Position numbers and translations under genes: made by a program. Shown here piece by piece: positions 18,641 through 27,365 of a stretch of DNA of 32,000 nucleotides (its first letter is position 1; the number at the start of each line of letters is the position of its first letter). The notes beneath the pieces are model-generated. The model was not told the origin of the DNA and ran no database searches. It was given only the letters and a program-made list of their open reading frames with translations. This DNA is from Raphidiopsis brookii D9 (lineage in GTDB: Bacteria > Cyanobacteriota > Cyanobacteriia > Cyanobacteriales > Nostocaceae), in NCBI GenBank assembly GCA_000175855.1, contig ACYB01000020.1:1-32000 (forward strand), written 5' to 3'.

Positions 18641-19618
18641 TTACCGATTAATTTTTTCCGATACTTTTTTGCTATTTTGTTTAAAGTGTTCAATTTTTTT
18701 TCTGTATGTGAAAATATAATCAGTGACTGTATATGTAAAATTAATAATGTGCTGAGCATCTGTTGCACCACAAGTTATGCTCTTATGTACAAAATCATTT
18801 TCTGTCACTCTTAATCTATCAGCCCAATCATAAAGATTCTGATCAATAATTTCTTGCTCTTTCATTTTATTGAGTTTCTTCTCAAGGGATACTGCCTCAA
18901 TTTTATAATCTTTACATATATATTCTAAAGTCTTAATGCACATAATTACAGATGCAATAAATGCCTTATTAGCATAACACCGTATAGCTTCTTCTAATAC
19001 AGTCCTTATGTATGTAGGTATTTCAGAACTAATAGTTTTCTCAGACGTGGGATATAAGGTTTTGGGTTGACCATAGGTGGGATCATTGTAATGTTCCGGA
19101 TTATCAGAATATTCCGTGCGAGTGATAAAGGGATGAGAACACTTGGTACATTGTAAAAATGTAAACTTATATTTAGTGCCAATTTTATCCGGAGAATTAG
19201 CCATGGAATCTTTGGTCTGAATTGGTGTAAAGTAGCTATCTATTTCCTTGGCATTTACTAAGCCTTTACAAGTCACACAATTTAATACATGCACAACGTC
19301 GCGCATTTTACTGAGCAGCATTTTTACTTTTTGTTTATGTAAAGCTTCCCCATCCGGCGAAGTGCTTTGTGATATAGGTAAAAATTGCCTTTCTGTTTTC
19401 CGCTCATTTCTGAGTTGTACGAATATTTTATTATACTCTTTTCGTAGGGAAGGTTTATTCTCCAACCATTCATCTAGTAAAGCAGCTATTTCCTTTTCAC
19501 TGGGATATCCGGATTTCTCAATTTGTTCAGCCAAAGATGAGAAATCCCCCGTATCTTTGTTGAGGAAAATTTCCAGTGCAGTTAAAATTACATCTTCTGG
19601 ACTAAGACTTGTGATCAT
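18641..19618 (-). CDS. DUF4145-like protein with CxxC pairs
   Basis: 325 aa. 'CVTCKGLVNAKE...FTFLQCTKCSHPFITRTEY' gives two CxxC pairs. The helical C-terminus 'SLEKKLNKMKEQEIIDQNLYDWADRLRVTENDFVHKS' resembles DUF4145. Confidence 0.65.
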   Translation of the reverse strand: MITSLSPEDVILTALEIFLNKDTGDFSSLAEQIEKSGYPSEKEIAALLDEWLENKPSLRKEYNKIFVQLRNERKTERQFLPISQSTSPDGEALHKQKVKMLLSKMRDVVHVLNCVTCKGLVNAKEIDSYFTPIQTKDSMANSPDKIGTKYKFTFLQCTKCSHPFITRTEYSDNPEHYNDPTYGQPKTLYPTSEKTISSEIPTYIRTVLEEAIRCYANKAFIASVIMCIKTLEYICKDYKIEAVSLEKKLNKMKEQEIIDQNLYDWADRLRVTENDFVHKSITCGATDAQHIINFTYTVTDYIFTYRKKIEHFKQNSKKVSEKINR

Positions 19619-19627
19619 GGTTCTCCT

Positions 19628-22504
19628 TTAAATTCCAACACAGGTAAAGGCGGCCCAGTAGTAGGGTTCTTGGAAAGGGCGTTGAGACTCTGGCATTGTA
19701 TCAAAATCGGCGAGTAATGTCAGCCTGGTCGCGGAAAATGGTAACTTTGCCGCCCATGTTAACAACTTTCCTGCTGGAACATCCCGTAACCATTGCTGGG
19801 CCTGATACAGTGCCAGGCGAGGACAACCATAGGTGAGAAGATTCTCTGTGTCCGTATAGAATTGGTAAAAACGAATCATTAACAAAGCAGTAGTATAATC
19901 ACTCACAGCCCATAAACTGCTGATTATGGTAGAAGCGCCTGCTAATAGAAAACCTGTGGGCAAACTGATATAGTCATCATTTTTGGTATCAACCATATCA
20001 CCAATTCCCATTTCATAGGCGGAAAGACAAACAAGATGACATCGACGCATATCCAACCCACAAATATCACCAAGGGTCAAACATTGGGAGAGATCCACTG
20101 CTGAACCATTTGGTAAGGGGAGGTATTCCCCACCCTTGGGGGGAGCTGGTAGAATACAATTAGCCAAAAGTATGGCAGAATGTAGAGGTTTTTGAAAATT
20201 AGAGTACCCAGTGCAGGAAAAATGCAGGTAATTTTTCTCTGGAATGGATCGACTAAAAATAGTTTCACGGGTGGCTTCTTTCTCAGTTATCACCTCCGTG
20301 CCAATCAGCAGTCGGGTAATAATTGTTTCTACTTCAAAACTGGCATATTGCAGGTTTTGGGTAGGATTTTGAATGGCCAGGGATTTTACTACTTCTTCCC
20401 GCTCCGTAACTTCTACGGAACTGAGGAGCTGACAACTGGGGAAATAACTAAATCCCAGGGGAAATCTCTCCCAGGGAAATAGAGCATGCACAGGGAAGAT
20501 ATGTAAGCAACCATAAGGTACGAGTATTAGTTCTTCACATGGGGGAGATAACTTCCACAATTGAGTTAATAAAGTCTCAACTTGCAAAATCTCCTTCAGT
20601 TGGCTCAATAGTTCCGGTAGGGCCTGTTTCCAGTTACCCAAATTCTGGTGATCGCGATAAATATCTAAGTATTTTTGGCTGAATTGCCGGATCACACTGG
20701 GCGATATAACCACTTTGTGAGGAAAAATGGGTACATCTGGATTAGCAGTGATGATAAAGGTATAGAGAACATCATCTGTAAAGTACCACTCCAGGATCAC
20801 TCGGCGTGGATCCGATCCCACCAGTTTGAGTATTTTAGATATGGTTATTGGTTCCACCCTCTGGGTAAGGGAGAAATGGGGATCAAGGGGTTTGATCTGG
20901 CTAGTAATAAATTGATCTAATTCCTCTATGAGCCCATTGAGTTGAGCATGGCTTCTTTTTTCTCCCTGGATTTCCAATAGTCTTACTTCATTGCGAACTG
21001 CTTGACGAAGACGATCTAATTCCCCATAAATACGAGAGGGAATATTTCCTTTTGGATATAGGTGTTTATTCTCTAGTAGCTCCACTAAATTTCGTGATTT
21101 ACTGCGCTCTACTAATTCAACTGCTTTACTGTATTGATGCAACTCAATACAAGCACGCACTGCTGACTGGTAAATATGGGGGTATTGGATATCAGTAGAT
21201 TTATCCCCAGGTTGCCAAAATTGGATTGTCTCTAGTGCTTTGATTCCCCGTTCATAACCCTCTAGGGCGATATCCCACCAACCCTGCTGAAATCCCAGAT
21301 CTCCTAAATGACTGGCAAATTTTAAATAGTCTGCTGGAGAAAGCTCCGGGGTAGCAATTGCTAAAGCTTCTCGATAATGGGCGATCGCCATTTGTAGGTT
21401 AGACTGGGACTCGGTTCCTAGTTCAGCTTGGGTTTGGTAAGCTTTTCCTAGATTATGAAGGGTTTGAGCCAGATCTGGTTCTAATCCTGGTTGACGGAGA
21501 ATAGTTAAAGCTTTAGTGAAGACAATAATTGCTCTTTGTAGATTTGCTTCTGGGTCCTTTCCTAGTTCTACTTCGCTTAGGTAGGCACTTCCTAGTTGGT
21601 TTAGAGTTTCGGCCAAGTCTCTTTCTAGCCCCAATTGGCGGAACATGGTAATAGCTTCTCTAAAAGGAGTAATTGCCCTCTCTAGTTTACCCTGGCTAAT
21701 ATAAACACTACCCACACTAGTCAAGGTTTTAGCTAAGTCCCTTTCTAAACCTAGTTCCCGTAGAATAGAGATGGCTTCTGTATAGGGTGGAATTGCCTTT
21801 TGTAGATTTGCTTGTGAGTCCTTACCTAATTGAGCTTGGGTTTGGTAGGCGCTACCTAAATTGTAGAGAGTTTGAGCTAAATCCCTTTCTAAATCTAATT
21901 CCCGTAAAATTGAAATGGCTTCTGCATAAGCAGTAACTGCTCTTTCTAGATTAGCTTCCTTACTCATTTGGGCTTGGATTTGATAAGCAGCACCTAAATT
22001 GTTCAGAACTTGGGCCAATTCCCTTTCTAACCCAGGTTGACGACGGATGGCAATGGCCTCATTATAAGCTGCGATCGCCTTTTCTAGATTAGACTGGAAG
22101 TCTGTACCCATTTGGGCCTGGGTTTGATAAGCAGCACCCAGATGATTGAGAACTTGAGCCAATTCTTTTTCTAGTCCTAATTGGCGTTCTATGGCGGCGC
22201 AAAATTCGTATCCACAGATGGCTATAGCAAGGTTAATTAGCGGATCTCCACCGGGAAAATGATAAAAAATCCGAGCCAGAAGGTACAGTGATGCTCCCAG
22301 TTGAGCGTTTTGCTCGGGAGTTGGTTGTTTGTTTACCTGATGACCACCCCAAGATTGTAGTTGGTCAATAAAGGTTGCATCTAAAAGATGGAGATTGTTT
22401 TCCAGCAGGGGGTAAATTACTTGGCTATCCCCCTTGCTCTCAAAAATGGTTCCTACCAGTAACTCAATTAAGTCTATATAATCGTAAATGCGCCCTTGAT
22501 CCAT
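19628..22504 (-). CDS. TPR-repeat CHAT-domain protein, apparently lacking the catalytic His-Cys dyad
   Basis: 958 aa with multiple 'RxLAQTLxNLGxAYQTQAxLG...NLxxAIxxYxEAIxILR' repeats. The C-terminal CHAT fold segments include 'LILVPYGCLHIFPVHALFPW', 'YLHFSCTGYSNF', 'HLVCLSAYEMG', 'GFLLAGASTIISSLWAVSDYTTALLMIRFY' and 'PYYWAAFTCVG'. Confidence 0.9.
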   Translation of the reverse strand: MDQGRIYDYIDLIELLVGTIFESKGDSQVIYPLLENNLHLLDATFIDQLQSWGGHQVNKQPTPEQNAQLGASLYLLARIFYHFPGGDPLINLAIAICGYEFCAAIERQLGLEKELAQVLNHLGAAYQTQAQMGTDFQSNLEKAIAAYNEAIAIRRQPGLERELAQVLNNLGAAYQIQAQMSKEANLERAVTAYAEAISILRELDLERDLAQTLYNLGSAYQTQAQLGKDSQANLQKAIPPYTEAISILRELGLERDLAKTLTSVGSVYISQGKLERAITPFREAITMFRQLGLERDLAETLNQLGSAYLSEVELGKDPEANLQRAIIVFTKALTILRQPGLEPDLAQTLHNLGKAYQTQAELGTESQSNLQMAIAHYREALAIATPELSPADYLKFASHLGDLGFQQGWWDIALEGYERGIKALETIQFWQPGDKSTDIQYPHIYQSAVRACIELHQYSKAVELVERSKSRNLVELLENKHLYPKGNIPSRIYGELDRLRQAVRNEVRLLEIQGEKRSHAQLNGLIEELDQFITSQIKPLDPHFSLTQRVEPITISKILKLVGSDPRRVILEWYFTDDVLYTFIITANPDVPIFPHKVVISPSVIRQFSQKYLDIYRDHQNLGNWKQALPELLSQLKEILQVETLLTQLWKLSPPCEELILVPYGCLHIFPVHALFPWERFPLGFSYFPSCQLLSSVEVTEREEVVKSLAIQNPTQNLQYASFEVETIITRLLIGTEVITEKEATRETIFSRSIPEKNYLHFSCTGYSNFQKPLHSAILLANCILPAPPKGGEYLPLPNGSAVDLSQCLTLGDICGLDMRRCHLVCLSAYEMGIGDMVDTKNDDYISLPTGFLLAGASTIISSLWAVSDYTTALLMIRFYQFYTDTENLLTYGCPRLALYQAQQWLRDVPAGKLLTWAAKLPFSATRLTLLADFDTMPESQRPFQEPYYWAAFTCVGI

Positions 22505-22673
22505 AAAATTAACCCTACCCTACACCCTATTAGTAATTTTCACCCAATCTTTTGGGAAATATACCTAAGCATCCGGCTTTTTTCAATCAGAATCTGAAAC
22601 ATGTAAAAATATAATAAGACTAATTCTGTTATGAAAGGCTCACTCAAAGTTATCATGTTACCAGGAGGTAAAG

Positions 22674-23714
22674 TTGTTGGACTCACTAACAGTTAAGAAT
22701 CTCTCACCTAAGAGCCAAAGGGAGTGCAGAAGGCTTATGGATTCCCCTGCTTTGTGGGTATTAGCATTTTTGGGTTCTATCTCTCTACATGTCTTGGTCT
22801 TTTGGTGGTTGAGCTCTTCCAAACTATTGGGTTTGTGGGTTCCTCTCTCCCAGTTTGGTCAAGACAACGTGGTGGTGGAACTGGTAGATGTTCCTGCTTC
22901 AGTAGAGCCACAAAAACAATTTCCTAAGTCTGAACCTGCTCTAGCCAAACCAAATCCTTCTCCATCTATCTCAAAGCAAGCCAATCCTGGCACTACTAAG
23001 AGAGTAGTTGCACAGGTTGTTGTTCCTAAACCTAGTAACTCCAATTTAAATAGATCCGCAGCCGCCTCCCCCAGGGAAAATCAGCCCAACACTCCATTAA
23101 CACCTAAACCCATACCTAGAGTACCAAGTACTCCTCCAACTGATCTTCCCTGGAATATTCCTCGAAAGGATCCTGAATTGGGGAAACCAAAACCCTTACC
23201 GGAAATTACCCCCGATAACGATAAGTTAAGCAGTTCACCTTCCCCATCACCCAACGGAAATCCTACCCCGGAAACCACCCTAGTGGGAGACAATTCCCAA
23301 CCTCAATTATTTACTTTCAATATTCAACCTCTCAACACAGAGGAGATACAGGATCTAAGAAAAAAAGGTGAGATAAGAGCGGATATTCCACAGGTGCTAC
23401 CCAAGTACGAAGGTGAAAATTCCAAGCGGCTAGAAATTAATCTTCCTTCCGCTCAAACACAAATATTTACCATACTAGTTAGCTTAATAGTTGATCAGTA
23501 TGGCAAACTCCGGGGACTTTCCATTATTGACCCTAACATACCCGAAAAGGATAAAAGTGCTTACGAGCAAGAACTCCAGCAGCTTTTTCAGCAGGAGAAA
23601 TTTGTAGGTGGTTCTAACAACGATGGTTCCCGACCAGAACAGAGTAACTTATATGTGAGAGTAACCATCACTCCTATGGAAGCACCAACAAACTCCTCAA
23701 AAAATTCTCCCTAG
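22674..23714 (+). CDS. Proline-rich single-pass membrane protein, TonB-like
   Basis: 346 aa. N-terminal TM 'ALWVLAFLGSISLHVLVFWWL', a long Pro/Ser-rich linker and a C-terminal globular part 'TQIFTILVSLIVDQYGKLRGLSIIDPN'. Confidence 0.55.
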   Translation: MLDSLTVKNLSPKSQRECRRLMDSPALWVLAFLGSISLHVLVFWWLSSSKLLGLWVPLSQFGQDNVVVELVDVPASVEPQKQFPKSEPALAKPNPSPSISKQANPGTTKRVVAQVVVPKPSNSNLNRSAAASPRENQPNTPLTPKPIPRVPSTPPTDLPWNIPRKDPELGKPKPLPEITPDNDKLSSSPSPSPNGNPTPETTLVGDNSQPQLFTFNIQPLNTEEIQDLRKKGEIRADIPQVLPKYEGENSKRLEINLPSAQTQIFTILVSLIVDQYGKLRGLSIIDPNIPEKDKSAYEQELQQLFQQEKFVGGSNNDGSRPEQSNLYVRVTITPMEAPTNSSKNSP

Positions 23715-23784
23715 GGACTTGCAATTTCCCACAGACTCTGTTAATATTACCAAAGTTGGAAAAAACAAAACTGCAAGACAACCT

Positions 23785-23855
23785 GCGGGCGTAGTTTAGT
23801 GGTAAAACTATAGCCTTCCAAGCTATTAATGCGGGTTCGATTCCCGCCGCCCGCT
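23785..23855 (+). tRNA. tRNA-Gly (anticodon UCC)
   Basis: 71 nt. Acceptor GCGGGCG pairs with CGCCCGC. The anticodon arm is ATAGC-CTTCCAA-GCTAT, and the T arm is GCGGG-TTCGATT-CCCGC. CCA is not encoded. Confidence 0.96.
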
Positions 23856-25721
23856 TTCTCCACCCTCTACTGGTGGTATTTTCTCTATTGGTATGAGTAC
23901 GTCTAAAACGGACTTAACAATAGGAGCAGCAACAGTGCCACCATAGGCATCACCACCTTTTGGTTCATCAACAACGGCTAAAATGACATAACGCGGAGCC
24001 TCAACGGGGAAAATACCTACAAAGCTGGTAATTCGGGCACCGGGAATATATCCACCACTGGGACTGGCTTTTTGGGCCGTACCAGTTTTACCAGCTACAG
24101 CATACCCTTGAATGCGTGATGCTTTTCCACTACCCTGAGTAACTACGGTTTCCATCATGTTTACAACTGTTTGGGTGGTACTAGGGGAAAAAATCTGTCG
24201 AGGGACTGGTATTTCCGGAGAAAAATGTACTTTTCCCTGGCTATCTATTAATCCTTGAACCACATGAGGTGTAACCAATTTACCACCATTAGCTAAAGCA
24301 CCATGCATTTGCACTAATTGTAGGGGTGTGAGGGAGAAACCCTGTCCAAAAGAAGCGGTTGCCATTTCTACGGGAGATGACAAGAATTGATCTTGATTTT
24401 TGAGAATTCCACGGGTGCCAAATGGTAAGTCCGTGTCCATTTTTTGACCAATACCTAGTTTTTGTAACCAGTTGTAGTAGATTTTGGGTTGGAGGCGTTG
24501 GACAATTTGCACCATACCCACATTGCTGGATGTCTGTAAAATTTCAGCAACGTTAATTTGTCTAAAACTATTGATAGCTGCATTTTTGATGATTTGGTCA
24601 GCGACCCTGATAGTACCCGGATCGTCAAATCTATCATCAGGACTGATGACACCTGTTTCCAAAGCAACAGCCACAATTAAGGGCTTAAAAGTAGATCCGG
24701 GCTCATAAAGATCAGTCACAGTCCAATTTTTAAAAGATGCAATATTAGCTTTAAAATACTCATTGGGATCATAACTGGGCTGGGACACTAAGGACAATAG
24801 AGAACCATCTTTAGCATCCATAACAATCACAGCACCGCGTTTAGCCTGAAACTTTTTGACCTGTTGTTTCAGGGCGCTACGAACAGCTCTTTGCAAGCGA
24901 CTATCTATGGTTAATTGCAATTTAAAATCATCGGAATATAAAAACTCATCTGGTGCATAATCTGGCATAATGTCCCCCGCACCGGTTCGTGTCAGACGCA
25001 CGGTTTCCCTGGAACGCTCCAACAGTTTGTCCTGACTATATTCTACCCCAGCTTGACCATGTCTTTCTAGATTTACATAACCCACTACGTCTGCTACTAG
25101 ATCTTCTTGAGGGTAGAAACGAGAGTATTTTTCAATAAATTCTAAACCATCTAGTCTAAATGATATCAAGCGATCAGCAATATTTTCGGATACCTTATCA
25201 GCTAAAAGAATACCACTTTTTCTAGTTTTAAATAGCTTCACTAGGTCGCCAACATCTTTATTCAGAATAGGTGCTATTTTCTCCGCTATTGCCTGACTAG
25301 ATTTATTGAATAACTTAGGATGAACATAAACTGTATAAACAGGACGGTCAATAGCTAATAAACTTTTATTGCGATCAACTAATGGACGCCGGGGCATAAA
25401 AGGACGTAAGACAGCTGTTTGTTGGTTTCTAGCCCTTTGGGTGAGTTTTGGTCCATCCACAACTTGGAGGCGATACAAATTCACAGCTAGACCCATCCCA
25501 GATAGAAATAGAACTCCCCAAATCACCAACAGTCGAGAGTGAAAATTGACGAGTCGAGTTGGAGTACCAGGGGAGTTTTTCTCTGGGAATGATGGGGAAA
25601 ATCTGTTTCTCCCTGTTAATTCTAAATACCGTCGGAGATTTTCTCGTAGGTTGGCTAAGTTTCTGAATCTGCTCCTAGTAGGTTTGGTTTTGCTGGGTAA
25701 CTTCTGCATGGGAATGGTCAA
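23826..25721 (-). CDS. ftsI: Peptidoglycan D,D-transpeptidase FtsI / class B penicillin-binding protein
   Basis: 631 aa. One N-terminal TM, 'PRRPLVDRNKSLLA', active-site 'YEPGSTFKPL', 'SSNVGM' and 'VAGKTGTAQK'. Confidence 0.93.
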   Translation of the reverse strand: MTIPMQKLPSKTKPTRSRFRNLANLRENLRRYLELTGRNRFSPSFPEKNSPGTPTRLVNFHSRLLVIWGVLFLSGMGLAVNLYRLQVVDGPKLTQRARNQQTAVLRPFMPRRPLVDRNKSLLAIDRPVYTVYVHPKLFNKSSQAIAEKIAPILNKDVGDLVKLFKTRKSGILLADKVSENIADRLISFRLDGLEFIEKYSRFYPQEDLVADVVGYVNLERHGQAGVEYSQDKLLERSRETVRLTRTGAGDIMPDYAPDEFLYSDDFKLQLTIDSRLQRAVRSALKQQVKKFQAKRGAVIVMDAKDGSLLSLVSQPSYDPNEYFKANIASFKNWTVTDLYEPGSTFKPLIVAVALETGVISPDDRFDDPGTIRVADQIIKNAAINSFRQINVAEILQTSSNVGMVQIVQRLQPKIYYNWLQKLGIGQKMDTDLPFGTRGILKNQDQFLSSPVEMATASFGQGFSLTPLQLVQMHGALANGGKLVTPHVVQGLIDSQGKVHFSPEIPVPRQIFSPSTTQTVVNMMETVVTQGSGKASRIQGYAVAGKTGTAQKASPSGGYIPGARITSFVGIFPVEAPRYVILAVVDEPKGGDAYGGTVAAPIVKSVLDVLIPIEKIPPVEGGESGRRESNPH

Positions 25722-25726
25722 TAAGC

Positions 25727-26299
25727 TTAATATCCTAACGGTGGAATTGAGGTGCGTTTACTTGGAGATGGGGGTGTTTTAGCTCTCAATGGTGGTTGAG
25801 CATTACTTGATACTGCGGGCAGAAACACCATCTTACCCGGAGCAGATAGTCCCAGTCCCATTGCTTCTGCTTCCTGAGCCATTTTACTAATCATAGTAGC
25901 ATTGGCTGCAGTTAGCTGTCGTTCCTGGCGTTGTAAGCTTTCCAGTCTGCGATAGGAATGACTCCAAATCTGTTGACAATAGACTGTTCCACCATAGATT
26001 GCCAACGTCACCACCACAAACAAAAATGCCGTCACGGAGGAATAGTGGTGAATTTTGTTGAAGCGGACAATCCATAAGTTACTACTATTAGAATAGATTG
26101 GTAGCTGATTACTGATTTGACCAGTTGACATAGGTTTTTGCACTGGAGCATCAGAAAAAATAGCCTTAGAGTCACGTTCCTCTTTCCTGCGTGCTGGTTT
26201 AGTGGAAGATGGAGAATCTTCCCCATACCAAATAGGGGAGGAATCTGGTCTAAACCAGGAGCTTTTCGTAGAAACAGCTGATTTGGGTAATGCTGACAT
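25727..26299 (-). CDS. FtsL-like small membrane protein (positional and topological inference)
   Basis: 190 aa. One TM 'SSVTAFLFVVVTLAIYGGTVYC', a following coiled coil-like segment 'RRLESLQRQERQLTAANATMISKMAQEAEAMGL', located 5 nt upstream of ftsI on the same strand. Confidence 0.5.
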   Translation of the reverse strand: MSALPKSAVSTKSSWFRPDSSPIWYGEDSPSSTKPARRKEERDSKAIFSDAPVQKPMSTGQISNQLPIYSNSSNLWIVRFNKIHHYSSVTAFLFVVVTLAIYGGTVYCQQIWSHSYRRLESLQRQERQLTAANATMISKMAQEAEAMGLGLSAPGKMVFLPAVSSNAQPPLRAKTPPSPSKRTSIPPLGY

Positions 26300-26543
26300 A
26301 ATAGTGATGAATGCTAAATTTGAGCCTGAACAGGTAGCATGCTAAAAAAATTATGGTTCAATTATGCTTGCTAGATTACTTATTGGCAATGTCCTATCTT
26401 CCTCTACAGTGGGTACGACCATAACAAAAAAAACCGGGAAGAAATTTATTCTGTACAAATTGTTTCACAAAAAGCAACAAATGAGATATCTTATTCAACA
26501 GGAGCAATCCCTTGTGTTGCACTTAATTGGTGAAAGAGGAGTC

Positions 26544-26750
26544 ATGAAAACAAAAATCTTTGGTTTGGCTATCGTTTTAAGTCTAGCTACTATGCTGGGC
26601 GCTTGTGAAGGTGGTACTGAACCCTCTGGTGATGCTACAACCACACCTGCTGCTACTACTGCACCCGCTGAGCCCACTGATAGTGGTACTGCTACCCCTG
26701 CTGCTACTACAGAACCCACAGCAACCCCAACTCCTACTACTACTCCCTAG
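26544..26750 (+). CDS. Small putative lipoprotein with Thr/Pro/Ala-rich tail
   Basis: 68 aa from ATG 26544: MKTKIFGLAIVLSLATMLGACEGGTEPSGDATTTPAATTAPAEP... Lipobox LGAC. The ORF track starts at 26364, but the signal peptide begins at 26544. Confidence 0.75.
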   Translation: MKTKIFGLAIVLSLATMLGACEGGTEPSGDATTTPAATTAPAEPTDSGTATPAATTEPTATPTPTTTP

Positions 26751-26887
26751 AACTTTTTAGGAACGCCTAATTTTGATCAATCAAGTTTTGACCATAGGTA
26801 TGCTGCAGTAGCTAGTTCGATAAACAAACCCACGCTCTACCCCTTTGGGTAGGCGCTGGGGCTTTACAAAAACCAACAAGACGGGAA

Positions 26888-27211
26888 ATGAAAGGTCTAC
26901 CTGTAAAATTCCAGTTTGTAGTTTTGGGAGTCATTACAGCTGTAATAGTAGGAATGATTAATCATGCAGTAACCATAGCAGTCCCACCACTAACAGAAGA
27001 TATTCCGGAAGAAATACTACGGACAGAAATTATCACCATCGGGCGATCGCCTATTGATGGTAGGATATTAACTGCATCGGAATATGCTGAACTACAAGAG
27101 CAGCTGAGAACAATTCCCCCCAGAAAACTAAGTCCTAGCTTGAGACACACAGTATTTTTGCTCAGGATGCGCAGAATTTTACGGCAAATTTTCCCATTTT
27201 TAGATATTTAA
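26888..27211 (+). CDS. Small hypothetical membrane protein
   Basis: 107 aa. N-terminal TM 'FQFVVLGVITAVIVGMINHAVTIAV', then 'PIDGRILTASEYAELQEQLR'. Confidence 0.6.
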   Translation: MKGLPVKFQFVVLGVITAVIVGMINHAVTIAVPPLTEDIPEEILRTEIITIGRSPIDGRILTASEYAELQEQLRTIPPRKLSPSLRHTVFLLRMRRILRQIFPFLDI

Positions 27212-27365
27212 GCTGCCAGAATTCATACTTATTTCATACTTATAATGTAAAATACATCCTGATCTACGGGAACCATGAGGACAAAAATACAAATAAATGT
27301 AAAGAATATATATAGTTATAGAAAACTGAATTTAGTTAGTCACCTTATTGAATGTAGGTAGCTCC

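Noticed and set aside
20077-20920. Plus-strand ORFs opposite the CHAT gene
   Set aside because: Overlap an intact 958-aa ORF in antisense and show no domain signal.
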